This document shows, piece after piece, positions 35,484 to 45,188 of a stretch of DNA of 64,000 nucleotides. A program made the translations under genes and the position numbers. This DNA comes from Bacteroidia bacterium (GTDB lineage: Bacteria; Bacteroidota; Bacteroidia; J057; JADKCL01), in NCBI GenBank assembly GCA_046329055.1, contig JAXLVK010000023.1, forward strand, positions 2,219 to 66,218. The letters are read 5' to 3'. The notes beneath the pieces are model-generated. The model had not been told where the DNA came from and ran no database searches. It worked only from the letters and a program-made list of their open reading frames with translations. Numbering within the stretch: position 1 is the stretch's first letter; the number at the start of each line of letters is the position of its first letter.

Positions 35484-35990
35484 TTAGTCCAGTTCAATCA
35501 AGAAAAGGGCCTGCTCGTACTCGACGGGCTGGGCATTTTCGACAAGGATCTTGACGATCGTGCCATTGACGTCGCTCTCGATTTCGTTGAAGAGCTTCAT
35601 GGCTTCGATGATCCCGAGGATTTTGCCCTTGGTGATATGGTCTCCCACCTTGACGAAGGGCTCCTTGTCGGGGCTCGTAGCGCGGTAGAAGGTGCCAATG
35701 AAGGGAGCCTTGAACTCGTGGAGTTTCTTGCCGGAAGCGGAGCCGGCTTCGGCTTTGGGAGCGCTAGCGGGCGCATCCGCCTTGGGAACCTCCACAGGAG
35801 CAGCCTGAACCACCGGAGCAGCTTGCACCACGGGTTGAACCACGGGCTGTGCCACCGGAACCTGGGCATAAACCACACCCTCAGGCTTGCGCTGCACCCG
35901 CAGACGGAAATCTTTTTGCTCGATCTCCACGTCCGTCAGCGTGCTGCGGTTGATGAACTTCAACAGTTCCTGGATGTCTTTGATATCCAT
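35484..35990 (-). CDS. accB: Acetyl-CoA carboxylase biotin carboxyl carrier protein
   Basis: MDIKDIQELLKFINRS..., an Ala/Pro/Val-rich linker, and the biotinyl-Lys motif IEAMKLFNEIE. The track start 35996 is TTG; the ATG is at 35990. Confidence 0.9.
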   Translation of the reverse strand: MDIKDIQELLKFINRSTLTDVEIEQKDFRLRVQRKPEGVVYAQVPVAQPVVQPVVQAAPVVQAAPVEVPKADAPASAPKAEAGSASGKKLHEFKAPFIGTFYRATSPDKEPFVKVGDHITKGKILGIIEAMKLFNEIESDVNGTIVKILVENAQPVEYEQALFLIELD

Positions 35991-36015
35991 ATTCAAGGAA
36001 TTATTGCAGTGAGAA

Positions 36016-36582
36016 CTAGTCTTTGGCGCGTTCCATGTAGGAACCGTCCTCAGTATTGATTTTGATGCGGTCGCCGATGTTCACGAACAGCGGCACGCGC
36101 ACCTCAGCACCTCCCTCGACCGTTGCGGGCTTCAGGGTGTTGGTGGCGGTGTCACCCTTGATGCCGGGCTCGGTATAGGTCACTTCCATGATCACAGTGG
36201 CAGGCTGCTCGACCGTGAGAATGGATTCGTTTTCCGTGTTGTAAAGGATTTCCACCATGTCCGACTCCTTGAGGAACTGCGGCGCGGGAATCTTGTGAGG
36301 CTCGACAGGGACCTGATCATAGGATTCGGTATCCATCATCACGAAATTCTCTCCCTCCTTGTACAGGAATTGGAAGTTGCGGCGCTCCACGCGAACCACA
36401 TCGATTTTCGCGCCGCTGGGAAATGTGTTTTCCAAAACACGGCCTGTGGTAACGCTTTTCAGCTTGGTGCGGACGAAGGCAGCTCCCTTGCCCGGCTTAA
36501 CGTGAAGGAATTCCACCACGGAATAGATGTCGTGGTTGAACTTGATCGTGAGTCCCTTCCTGATTTCTGACGTATCAGCCAT
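36016..36582 (-). CDS. efp: Elongation factor P
   Basis: 188 aa, with FLHVKPGKGAAFVRTKLKSVTTGRV. Confidence 0.95.
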   Translation of the reverse strand: MADTSEIRKGLTIKFNHDIYSVVEFLHVKPGKGAAFVRTKLKSVTTGRVLENTFPSGAKIDVVRVERRNFQFLYKEGENFVMMDTESYDQVPVEPHKIPAPQFLKESDMVEILYNTENESILTVEQPATVIMEVTYTEPGIKGDTATNTLKPATVEGGAEVRVPLFVNIGDRIKINTEDGSYMERAKD

Positions 36583-36701
36583 ATCTCAATTTAATGTGTC
36601 CTAGTTGAAAGAGGGGCAAATTAAGAAAAATTCCCAAAGGCTATGCAGGCGACATGCCGGATTTCGGTCGGTCAACCCCGCACAATTCCTTGGATTTGGG
36701 A

Positions 36702-37682
36702 TTATTCCGCCGCGTATTGGTGGAATGAGCGGACCAATGCGCCTTGGAATGGAAGGCTGTCCACCAAGCTCAGGTCCTTCAGCCGCCGTAGCACCAAGTC
36801 TGCCCCACGGGAATAGAAAACCGTGCCTTCGAAGAAGTCCGCGTCGAAGCCCGTGATCGTATCGGCGAGGATCGTGCCCGTTTCGTCGATCAGGTTGCCA
36901 TTGAGCAGCGACAGGTCCATGAGGTATTCCGTGCCGAACCTTGCAGCGAAATAGGGCGTTGCCCTCAGGTCGGAATAGTAAACTGGGAACCTGCCACCGA
37001 TGATCACGTCCGCGTTGGGGTCAACATTTGCCCTGTAAATGCGGCTGCTGTCATGGCTCATCAGGACCGGAGCGTTGTAGCGGTTGAGCTGCAAGTAGTC
37101 GATGGCAAGCCCATTGGAGAGCGTCGCGCGCGGAGTCAATGCCGTCTCGTCATAGACCACCACGAGGCTGTCATCTTTTTGCAGGAAAAACTTGTTGCTG
37201 TTGTAAAGGCATACACCCGGCTTGCCTTGGAAGTCCACGACCTGCGTGTCGCCGTTCTTGCGCTTGACAAATGCGACGGAGCCTGCGACCGTGTCTGCGA
37301 TCAGAATCTGCTTGTCACCCACTGCAAAATGATGTGGGGCGATGGGCAGGTCACCGAAACGTTCCTTCACGCTGCCGAATGCCGGACTCACCACCAACAA
37401 TGCCCGTTGGTTGGCGCTCGAGATCCAGACCTGATTGTCCACCATCCAGGCGTCGCTGAGGTCGGCGTCGGACACATCCACCTTGGAATTCCAGGACGAC
37501 TCCATGGTATGGGCGTCCATGTCGTAGCGCTGCAGGCTCAACTCTCCGCTCGGGAGGCGAACCAGAAGGAAGCTGCTGTAAGTGCGGATGGCATACTTGC
37601 TGTCATCGTCCAATCGGCATCCCGTCCAAGCCAAAATCAGGCCCAGGAACAGTATCCAGTGGATGGATTTGCGCAGCGCCAT
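36702..37682 (-). CDS. Hypothetical lipoprotein
   Basis: Lipobox LGLILAWTGC. A 326-aa, beta-rich sequence with no recognised motif. Confidence 0.6.
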   Translation of the reverse strand: MALRKSIHWILFLGLILAWTGCRLDDDSKYAIRTYSSFLLVRLPSGELSLQRYDMDAHTMESSWNSKVDVSDADLSDAWMVDNQVWISSANQRALLVVSPAFGSVKERFGDLPIAPHHFAVGDKQILIADTVAGSVAFVKRKNGDTQVVDFQGKPGVCLYNSNKFFLQKDDSLVVVYDETALTPRATLSNGLAIDYLQLNRYNAPVLMSHDSSRIYRANVDPNADVIIGGRFPVYYSDLRATPYFAARFGTEYLMDLSLLNGNLIDETGTILADTITGFDADFFEGTVFYSRGADLVLRRLKDLSLVDSLPFQGALVRSFHQYAAE

Positions 37683-37706
37683 CTGCGGAGGAGATCCCGG
37701 ACGGGA

Positions 37707-38684
37707 TCAGATGGCCCACTTCAGGTAAACGGCACCCCAGGTGAATCCCCCGCCAACAGCGGCTAGGATCAGGTTGTCACCCTTCTTGAGTTGGTCGCGC
37801 CAGTCCCAGAGGCAGAGCGGGATGGTGCCGCCAGTGGTGTTGCCGTAGCGGTGAATGTTCACCATGACTTTGTCCTCTCCCACGCCCATGCGCTCAGCGC
37901 AAGCATCGATGATGCGCTTGTTGGCTTGGTGAGGTACGAGGTAGGCAATGTCGTCCGCAGTCAAGTTGTTGCGAGCCATGATGTCGGCGCAGACGTCGGC
38001 CATCTTGGTCACAGCGAACTTGAAGACAAACTTGCCTTCTTGATAGACGTAGTGCTCGCGGTTGTTCACCGTCTCGATGCTCGCGGGCTTGCGGCTGCCG
38101 CCTGCGACCATGTGGAGGTGCTTCTTGCCGCTGCCGTCACTGTGCAGGCTGCTGTCGATGATGCCGAGGCCCTCCTCATTGGGTTCGAGGAGCAGGGCGC
38201 CGCAGCCATCGCCGAAGAGCACACAGGTATTGCGGTCGGTGTAGTCGATGATGGAGGACATCTTGTCCGCCCCCACGATGACGACCTTTTGGTGAGTGCC
38301 AGTTTCGATGAACTTGGAGCCGATCACGAGGCTGTACAGCAAGCCGGAGCAAGCAGCCTCCAAGTCAAATCCCCAAGCCTTGGTCGCGCCGATGGCATCG
38401 CAGATGATGTTGGCGGTGGCAGGGAAGACGTGGTCCGGGGTCACTGTGGCGCAGATGAGCATGTCAATCTCGTCTGCCTTGATGCCGCGGCGCTCAAGCA
38501 GTTCATTCACGGCTGCGATGGCCATGTCGGAGGTCGCGCCTTCCTTCATGAGCCTGCGTTCGGAGATGCCGGTCCGCTCCAGGATCCACTCATTGTTGGT
38601 GTCAACCAACTTTTCCAACTCTTCGTTGGTGAGGCGGTACTCCGGGAGGTAGTGGCCCATGGCCGTGATTGCTGCTCTTCTCAT
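37707..38684 (-). CDS. fabH: Beta-ketoacyl-ACP synthase III
   Basis: ITAMGHYLPEYRLTNEELEKLVDTNNEWILERTGI, with the active-site Cys in LEAACSGLLYSL. Confidence 0.95.
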   Translation of the reverse strand: MRRAAITAMGHYLPEYRLTNEELEKLVDTNNEWILERTGISERRLMKEGATSDMAIAAVNELLERRGIKADEIDMLICATVTPDHVFPATANIICDAIGATKAWGFDLEAACSGLLYSLVIGSKFIETGTHQKVVIVGADKMSSIIDYTDRNTCVLFGDGCGALLLEPNEEGLGIIDSSLHSDGSGKKHLHMVAGGSRKPASIETVNNREHYVYQEGKFVFKFAVTKMADVCADIMARNNLTADDIAYLVPHQANKRIIDACAERMGVGEDKVMVNIHRYGNTTGGTIPLCLWDWRDQLKKGDNLILAAVGGGFTWGAVYLKWAI

Positions 38685-38696
38685 AAATCTTCGATA

Positions 38697-39665
38697 TCAG
38701 ACGATGATGGGGCTGTCAGATTGGGATGAGGCAAATGCGGCTTCGATCTTGCCCACAAGCCCGCTTTCTGCTGCGGTCACTGCGCTCAAGATCATGCTTT
38801 CCGTTGCCTTTGCCGTGCTGATCCCATGCCCGATGATGGAGATGCCTTTCACCCCCAAAACAGGAACCCCGCCGTAATTTTCAAAATTGAAAGTCTCGAT
38901 GAAGCTGTCGCCGGGGAACCTCCCCTTGAGCAGCTCATACATGGACTCGCCGAACTTGAGGACGATGTTGCCCGTGAAGCCATCACAGATGAAGGCGTCC
39001 GCATGGCCACGATAGATGTCGCGGCCTTCGACATTGCCCACGAAGCGGTAGCGGTCGGTGGACTTCATCAGGGAGTAGGTGGCCTTGACCACATCCGGGC
39101 CCTTGCCTTCCTCCTCGCCCACATTCAGCAGGCCGATCCGCGGATCTTCCAATTTGTGGACGCTCTCCAAATAGACCTTGGCAAGCAACCCAAACTGAAA
39201 GAGGACCTCCGGCTTGCAGTCCACATTCGCTCCTACATCGCAAAGAAGTGCCTTTTTCCCACCGCCGATCTCGACCATGACCCCGATGGTGGGGCGCATG
39301 ACGCCTTCGATCTTGCCCAAGCCCATCACGGAGGCCACGAGCATGGCGCCCGTGTTGCCCGCGCTCACGAAGCCATCGAGCTGACCTTGCTTGACCATGC
39401 CGATGCCCATGTTGATGGTGGCACGGGGCTTGGAGACGACCGCCTTGGTGGGCGATTCATCCATGCCGATCGCTTGGTCGGTGTGGACAATGGAAAAGGC
39501 CGCGGGGTTGTGACCCCGGGCCTCCAATTCTTTACGAATGATGGCTTCATCACCGATGAGGACAACTGTTGCCCGCTCCCCCAGATGTGCGGCTGCCAGC
39601 AAGGCACCCTCAATGGGAGCGACGGGGGCAAAGTCCCCGCCCATGATGTCCACACCGATACGCAT
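38697..39665 (-). CDS. plsX: Phosphate acyltransferase PlsX
   Basis: MRIGVDIMGGDFAP...GNTGAMLV. Confidence 0.95.
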   Translation of the reverse strand: MRIGVDIMGGDFAPVAPIEGALLAAAHLGERATVVLIGDEAIIRKELEARGHNPAAFSIVHTDQAIGMDESPTKAVVSKPRATINMGIGMVKQGQLDGFVSAGNTGAMLVASVMGLGKIEGVMRPTIGVMVEIGGGKKALLCDVGANVDCKPEVLFQFGLLAKVYLESVHKLEDPRIGLLNVGEEEGKGPDVVKATYSLMKSTDRYRFVGNVEGRDIYRGHADAFICDGFTGNIVLKFGESMYELLKGRFPGDSFIETFNFENYGGVPVLGVKGISIIGHGISTAKATESMILSAVTAAESGLVGKIEAAFASSQSDSPIIV

Positions 39666-39668
39666 CTA

Positions 39669-39854
39669 TTAGATGTCGTCCCGGCCTTCCATGATTTGCC
39701 GGCCGCGGTAGTAGCCGCTTTCCAGGCAGACGCGGTGGTAGAGGGTGGCTTCGCCGCTCACTGCATCGATGTACATCGGCTTGGAGTCCAACTTGTGGTG
39801 GGTACGGCGCTTGTCCCTACGGGTCTTGGAAATTTTTCGCTTAGGGTGTGGCAT
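39669..39854 (-). CDS. rpmF: 50S ribosomal protein L32
   Basis: MPHPKRKISKTRRDKRRTHHKL. Confidence 0.9.
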   Translation of the reverse strand: MPHPKRKISKTRRDKRRTHHKLDSKPMYIDAVSGEATLYHRVCLESGYYRGRQIMEGRDDI

Positions 39855-39875
39855 AATGCTATCCTACTTAAATCA

Positions 39876-40445
39876 TTAATTCTCTTGGTCTTTCAGTCGC
39901 TTGAGAGCATTCCATCGGGGATCCTCGGCGTCCATCTCCTCTTCCTCTTCTTCCTCCACGGGTTCCGGTTCCTTGGGGGAGCCGTCTGGGTTCATTCCCA
40001 GCAGGTTCAGCACTTCCGGCGCACACAGGTGAACAGAAGCATCCGGAACCCTCCGAATCGGGATTTGCAGGACGATGAAGTCGTAGAAGTCTTGAGCGAA
40101 AAAGATGGTCGGCGTCGATTCCTCGATCAGCACCACCTCGTCCGTGTCAAACTCCAGTTCTTCATCGAAGGAGTACACGATGCGGGCACCAAAGTCCAGT
40201 TTGTGGGGATACGGCTCCAAGCAACGATCGCATTCGAGCGTGATCTCTCCCTGAAAATGAATTTTGGCATCCAAGTGGGTGGACGACTTGTCGATCACCA
40301 CTTGTACCTGCACGAGGCCCTCTTGAATGGGCGAATACTCAAAAGCTTCAAAGAACGCCTTATCAACGGTGAACTCCTCCTCATTCAGTCCGTACCGCAG
40401 CTTGGGTACATCGACAGAATACTTCCTTTCAAACACCTTGTCCAC
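39876..40445 (-). CDS. yceD: YceD/DUF177 family protein
   Basis: It occupies the conserved position upstream of rpmF-plsX-fabH. Features are CDRCLEPY..., an acidic tail and DPRWNALKRLK. The start is GTG. Confidence 0.8.
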   Translation of the reverse strand: MDKVFERKYSVDVPKLRYGLNEEEFTVDKAFFEAFEYSPIQEGLVQVQVVIDKSSTHLDAKIHFQGEITLECDRCLEPYPHKLDFGARIVYSFDEELEFDTDEVVLIEESTPTIFFAQDFYDFIVLQIPIRRVPDASVHLCAPEVLNLLGMNPDGSPKEPEPVEEEEEEEMDAEDPRWNALKRLKDQEN

Positions 40446-40536
40446 CGTAGAAATTTTGAGGTTGCAAAGCTAATAAAATCCACAGTGATAGAGAAATAAA
40501 TGTGGAAATGGCCGAGGATTTTTCCGGAAGGTCGGC

Positions 40537-41670
40537 CTATTCGCCGCCATCCTCCTCGCTTTCCACCATCTCTTCTTCCTCCTCTTCTGCTTGGATATCA
40601 GCAGGTATGTGCCTGCGGTCGCGGGCTTTGGGGTTGAACAGCGACCCCTCTTGCAAGTCGAGGTTGTCGCGGCGCTCCCGGTAGATGTCCATTGCTTTGT
40701 ACATCGCATGGACGAAGCTCGCAGGGTCGGCCTCTCCCTTGCCAGCGAGGTTGTAGGCCACGCCATGGTCAGGTGAGGTGCGCACCACGGGCAGGCCCGC
40801 AGTGAAGTTGACACCCTCGAACCCGGCCATGAGCTTGAAGGGGATGAGCCCTTGGTCATGGTACATGGCGAGGATGGCGTCAAATTTCTTGAAGGTGCCC
40901 ATCCCGAAGAATCCGTCAGCGCTGTAGGGGCCCATCGCAAAAATGCGCTCCCGTTGTGCGTCTTCGACGGCCTTCTGGATTTTCTCCTTGTCTTCACGGC
41001 CAAGCAGGCCATTGTCACCCGCGTGCGGATTCAGACCGAGGACGGCGATCTTAGGCTTCTCCACATTGAAGTCCGTCTTGAGGGACATGTTCATGATGCG
41101 GAGTTTCTTCATGATCGTCTCCACCGTGATGGCCTTGGAGACTTTTTCCAGCGGAATGTGGCCTGTGACCACGGCGACGCGGATGCGGTCGTGGATCATG
41201 AACATGAGGCTCGTGTCCAAGCCAAATTGCTGGGCGAGGTATTCCGTATGGCCCGGGAATTGGAATTCCGGGCTTTGGATGGAGCTCTTGTCGATGGGCA
41301 GGGTGACGAGTGCGTCGATTTCCCCAGCCTTGAGGTCGTTCACAGCAGCCCGCAGCGCCTCGAATGCGCCCTTGCCAGCCTCAGCGGATGGTTTCCCCGG
41401 CTCCACGTTCTCGGCATTGGTGATGCACTCGATCACGGAGACCTTCTTGGGTTGGGCCTGATTCGGCTGCTGGATGACGTTGTAAGAGAACTTGTCCACG
41501 CTCAGCAGCTTGCGATAGACATTGAGCACCTTGGAGGAGCCGTACACGATGGGTGTACAGATTTCCTTCAGGCGCGGCTCAGTCAGCCCCTGGATCACCA
41601 GTTCGGGCCCGATGCCGTTGAAATCTCCGATGGAGATGCCTATTCTGAGGACTTTTCTCGGTTTTTGCAT
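40537..41670 (-). CDS. pdxA: 4-hydroxythreonine-4-phosphate dehydrogenase PdxA with an acidic C-terminal extension of about 45 aa
   Basis: IGISIGDFNGIGPELV...LGLNPHAGDNGLLGRED...VRTSPDHGVAY. The tail is ...IQAEEEEEEMVESEEDGGE. Confidence 0.9.
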   Translation of the reverse strand: MQKPRKVLRIGISIGDFNGIGPELVIQGLTEPRLKEICTPIVYGSSKVLNVYRKLLSVDKFSYNVIQQPNQAQPKKVSVIECITNAENVEPGKPSAEAGKGAFEALRAAVNDLKAGEIDALVTLPIDKSSIQSPEFQFPGHTEYLAQQFGLDTSLMFMIHDRIRVAVVTGHIPLEKVSKAITVETIMKKLRIMNMSLKTDFNVEKPKIAVLGLNPHAGDNGLLGREDKEKIQKAVEDAQRERIFAMGPYSADGFFGMGTFKKFDAILAMYHDQGLIPFKLMAGFEGVNFTAGLPVVRTSPDHGVAYNLAGKGEADPASFVHAMYKAMDIYRERRDNLDLQEGSLFNPKARDRRHIPADIQAEEEEEEMVESEEDGGE

Positions 41671-41732
41671 AGAAAGGGTAAAGGTTGCGTGACCTCTGCT
41701 TCAATGGCAGGGCCGGTGCTCCCGAAGGCGGA

Positions 41733-43175
41733 TCAGTAATTGCTCAGGAACTCCGTGAGCAGGCGCACGCCAACTCCAGTTCCGTTTTTGCCACGGTAGC
41801 TGTCTGCGGAGGAGAGGAAGCTAGGCCCGGCAATGTCAATGTGGATCCAGGGATAATCGGTGAACTGCTCGAGGAATTTTCCAGCAGTGATGCAGCCGCC
41901 TGAGCTGCCACCGATGTTTTTCATATCGGCAATGTCGCTCTTGAGCTGATCCTTGTATTCCTCCCAGAGGGGGAGTTCCACGAGGCGCTCATAGACACGC
42001 TGTCCAGCGGCTTGGAGGGCCTGCTTGGTCGTGGCGGGAGCGGTGCCCATGAAGGCGCTGCCGTGATAGCCCACCGCGACGATCTGCGCACCGGTGAGGG
42101 TGGCGAGGTCGATCACGAGTTCAGGCTTGTATTTCTTCGCATAAGCCAATGCATCGGCCAAGATCATGCGGCCTTCGGCATCGGTGTTGAGCACTTCGAC
42201 TGTGGAGCCGTCGTACATCTTGATCACATCGCCAGGGGTGTAGGCGTTTTCGCCGGGACGGTTGTCCGTGGCAGGCACCAAACCGATCACATGCACTGGC
42301 AGTTCGAGGGCGGCAATGGAGCACATGGTGCAAATGGTGGCAGCAGCGCCAGCCATGTCGCTCTTCATGGAGTCCATGCTGTTCGGCGTGGGCTTGAGGC
42401 TCAAACCACCAGTGTCGAACACCACACCCTTGCCAACGATGACCACAGGCCGCTTGTTTTTCGGCTTGGCGGGCTTGTACTCCATGATGGTGAAGGTGGG
42501 CGGGTCGATGCTGCCGTAGTTCACCGCGAGCAAGCCGCCCATCTTCAGGGACTCGATCTTCTTTTTGTCAAAGACCTCGGTGCTGAACCCGTACTCCTTG
42601 CCCAGTTCCACGGCCTTGGCAGCGAGTGCCTTGGCGGTGAGGGTGATCACGGGTTCGTTGACGAGATCGCGTGCAGTGGTGACCGCCTTGGCGATCTTGC
42701 CTGCACGCTCCACCAATGCCGTTCCATTCTTGAGGTCGGAAATCACAGTGGCGGATGCCAGGGTGTTTGCCTCTTTCTTGGACTTGTAGCGAAGGAACTG
42801 GTAGTTGCTCAGGAAGATGGACTCGGCGATGGCCACGATCTGCGCTTCATCGCCCTTGGCGAGGCCAGGGTATGAAATTGCCAGTTTCTTGAAGTTGTGG
42901 TCGTTTGCCAGCGTGGTTGCGTTGTAGCTACCCTTGCGAAGGCCCTCGCAGATGTCGCTCGGGTTTCCGAGTCCTATCAAAGCTAGGCTGATGGATCCAT
43001 CGAAGCGGTAGGTTTGCAGGCCCTTTTCGGCGGCGGCGGCATCCACTTGGAGGTCGCAACCGAGAGAGCCATTCACATATTCCGCAGCCTGGGCCACGTT
43101 GGCATTGGAGACAAAGACCACAAACAGGAGGTCTTTCGCTGCCTTGGGCGCCTTGCCAGCATGCTTGAGTTCCAT
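41733..43175 (-). CDS. pepA: Leucyl aminopeptidase (M17)
   Basis: M17 signature NTDAEGRMILADAL, plus VGKGVVFDTGGLSLKP. Confidence 0.9.
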   Translation of the reverse strand: MELKHAGKAPKAAKDLLFVVFVSNANVAQAAEYVNGSLGCDLQVDAAAAEKGLQTYRFDGSISLALIGLGNPSDICEGLRKGSYNATTLANDHNFKKLAISYPGLAKGDEAQIVAIAESIFLSNYQFLRYKSKKEANTLASATVISDLKNGTALVERAGKIAKAVTTARDLVNEPVITLTAKALAAKAVELGKEYGFSTEVFDKKKIESLKMGGLLAVNYGSIDPPTFTIMEYKPAKPKNKRPVVIVGKGVVFDTGGLSLKPTPNSMDSMKSDMAGAAATICTMCSIAALELPVHVIGLVPATDNRPGENAYTPGDVIKMYDGSTVEVLNTDAEGRMILADALAYAKKYKPELVIDLATLTGAQIVAVGYHGSAFMGTAPATTKQALQAAGQRVYERLVELPLWEEYKDQLKSDIADMKNIGGSSGGCITAGKFLEQFTDYPWIHIDIAGPSFLSSADSYRGKNGTGVGVRLLTEFLSNY

Positions 43176-43223
43176 TCTTAGTTCTCGGAGTTTTAAAAAT
43201 GAGCCGCTAAATTTACGAGGGAA

Positions 43224-43988
43224 ATGCAGAATCTAAAACCGAAGAAGCACCTAGGCCAGCATTTTTTGGCGGACGAGAACATTGCCCGCAAGATCGTTTC
43301 CCTGTTGAATGTGAACGTGGAAGGTCCAGTGGTCGAAATTGGGCCGGGGATGGGCGTGTTGACGAAGTATTTGGTGGAGCGATTTGAGGAAGTATGGGTC
43401 GTGGAGTTTGACCCGGATGCCGTAGCCTACCTTCAGGAGCGGTTTTCTGGCACCGGACTGCGCATCTTCCATTCGGACTTCCTCAAGTGGGATTTCGGGC
43501 AATTGGAGGGGCGCAAGGCGAGGTTCATCGGCAACCTTCCTTATAATGTGTCCTCGCCCATTTTTTTCCGGCTGTTGGAGGAACGTCAGTCCGTGGAGCA
43601 GGGCGTTTTCATGGTGCAAAAGGAGGTCGCGGACAGAATCTGCGCCCCCGCAGGACTCGCTGGCAAGGAAGGAGGCATCCTCACGGTGCTAGTGGACGCA
43701 TTTTACCACCGCAAAAACCAGTTCAAGGTGCCGCCGACTGTGTTTCGTCCGCCGCCGAAGGTCGTGAGCGCAGTGTTCACTTTGGAGGCCAAGGCAGGGG
43801 TGGAGGCAGATTTCGAGCGGCTCCGCAGGGTGGTGAAGGCTGCCTTCGGTCAGCGCCGGAAGACTTTGAGAAATGCCTTGAAGGGGATCGAATTCACTGC
43901 TGAATTGCCCGAAGGGATCCTCGAGCGCCGCGCAGAGACCCTGAGTACAGAGGAGTTTTTGCATTTGGCTGCCTTGATGGAGGGATAA
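43224..43988 (+). CDS. rsmA: 16S rRNA (adenine1518/1519-N6)-dimethyltransferase
   Basis: KKHLGQHFLADENIARKIV...VVEIGPGMGVLT...IGNLPYNVSSPI. Confidence 0.95.
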   Translation: MQNLKPKKHLGQHFLADENIARKIVSLLNVNVEGPVVEIGPGMGVLTKYLVERFEEVWVVEFDPDAVAYLQERFSGTGLRIFHSDFLKWDFGQLEGRKARFIGNLPYNVSSPIFFRLLEERQSVEQGVFMVQKEVADRICAPAGLAGKEGGILTVLVDAFYHRKNQFKVPPTVFRPPPKVVSAVFTLEAKAGVEADFERLRRVVKAAFGQRRKTLRNALKGIEFTAELPEGILERRAETLSTEEFLHLAALMEG

Positions 43989-44155
43989 TTTTTTAGTATT
44001 TGGCTATATTTTTGATAATTAGTATTGCTTTTTTGAAAATTTAGGCGTTGTTTTGAGCCATCGAATAGCAAATCGCCCTGCGACAATACAATTGCGATAC
44101 TTCCAGAGCGAGGAAGGAATTGAGGGGTAGGGGAGGAATGTAATCGAATGCAACG

Positions 44156-45148
44156 ATGTCTGGATTGAATCCGACCTTGGTGAATTCCATCAGGTCAGTC
44201 ATTGAATATGCTAGGACCCACGTGTACCGCATGGCCAATACGGTATTGCTGGAGTCGTATTGGAAAATCGGCCGATTGATCGTGGAGGATGAGCAGGACG
44301 GCGCTCATCGTGCCGGCTATGGGAAATCGACCTTGAAGAATCTGGCAAAGCAGCTCACGGAGGACTATGGGAAGGGTTTTGATGAGAGCAATCTCCGAAA
44401 CATGCGCTCCTTTTTCCTAGCTTTTCCAAAATGTGACGCATTGCGTCACGAATTGAGTTGGACGCATTATCGGCTTCTGAGTCGGATTGAAAATGAAAAC
44501 AAACGGAGCTATTATTTGGACAACAGCATTCATTGTGGCTGGAATAGCAGGGTGCTTCAGCGGCAAATCAACAACATGTCCTATGAGCGATGTGTGTCTT
44601 ACCCCATTCCAGAAAGTCCGATCCTACCTGAGCATCTGATCAAGGATCCATACATCTTCGATTTCCTCGGAGTTCCACCTGATACCAAGACCTCAGAAAG
44701 TGATTTGGAGTCTGCGATCATTGATCAGATCAGGGAATTCTTGCTCGAAATGGGCAAGGGCTTTGCCTTTGTGGGAAGGCAGGTGCGGATTGCATCGGAT
44801 ACTTCGGATTTTTTCATCGACTTGGTCTTCTACAATTATATCCTGAAGTGCTTTGTCATCATCGACCTGAAAATGGGATGTCTGACTCATCAGGACATCG
44901 GGCAGATGGACATGTACGTGCGGATGTACGATGACCTCAAGCGTGGGCCCGGAGACAATCCCACCATGGGCATCCTCTTGTGCGCTGAAAAGGACGAAAC
45001 CATTGTGAAGTACTCTGTCTTGGCAGAGAGCAAGCAAATTTTTGCGAGTCAATACCTGCTCTACCTGCCGCAAGTGGCCGAACTTCAGCGCATCATCGAC
45101 CAAGGGCGGGAGCGGCATGCGAGGAGAACATCGGCGGGTGGTTCCTGA
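44156..45148 (+). CDS. YhcG/DUF1016 family PD-(D/E)xK nuclease domain protein
   Basis: YWKIGRLIVEDEQ...LSWTHYRLL, with the C-terminal nuclease core FAFVGRQVRI...FFIDLVFYNYILKCFVIIDLKMGCLTHQDIGQMDMYV. Confidence 0.8.
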   Translation: MSGLNPTLVNSIRSVIEYARTHVYRMANTVLLESYWKIGRLIVEDEQDGAHRAGYGKSTLKNLAKQLTEDYGKGFDESNLRNMRSFFLAFPKCDALRHELSWTHYRLLSRIENENKRSYYLDNSIHCGWNSRVLQRQINNMSYERCVSYPIPESPILPEHLIKDPYIFDFLGVPPDTKTSESDLESAIIDQIREFLLEMGKGFAFVGRQVRIASDTSDFFIDLVFYNYILKCFVIIDLKMGCLTHQDIGQMDMYVRMYDDLKRGPGDNPTMGILLCAEKDETIVKYSVLAESKQIFASQYLLYLPQVAELQRIIDQGRERHARRTSAGGS

Positions 45149-45188
45149 TGGGGTGTAATTTCTCCTCTGGCTTGGCTTAATTTGCCGC

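Noticed and set aside
34203-36059. 618-aa plus-strand ORF spanning accC and accB.
   Set aside because: It is antisense to two textbook genes and has no recognisable domain.
38826-40499. 557-aa plus-strand ORF across plsX-rpmF-yceD.
   Set aside because: It is antisense to conserved genes and crosses two intergenic gaps by chance absence of stops.
40537-40680. Acidic low-complexity C-terminal tails (PdxA ...AEEEEEEMVESEEDGGE; also the YceD and ParC tails).
   Set aside because: Low-complexity acidic tails are common and lineage-variable. Nothing indicates a separate feature or a fused domain.
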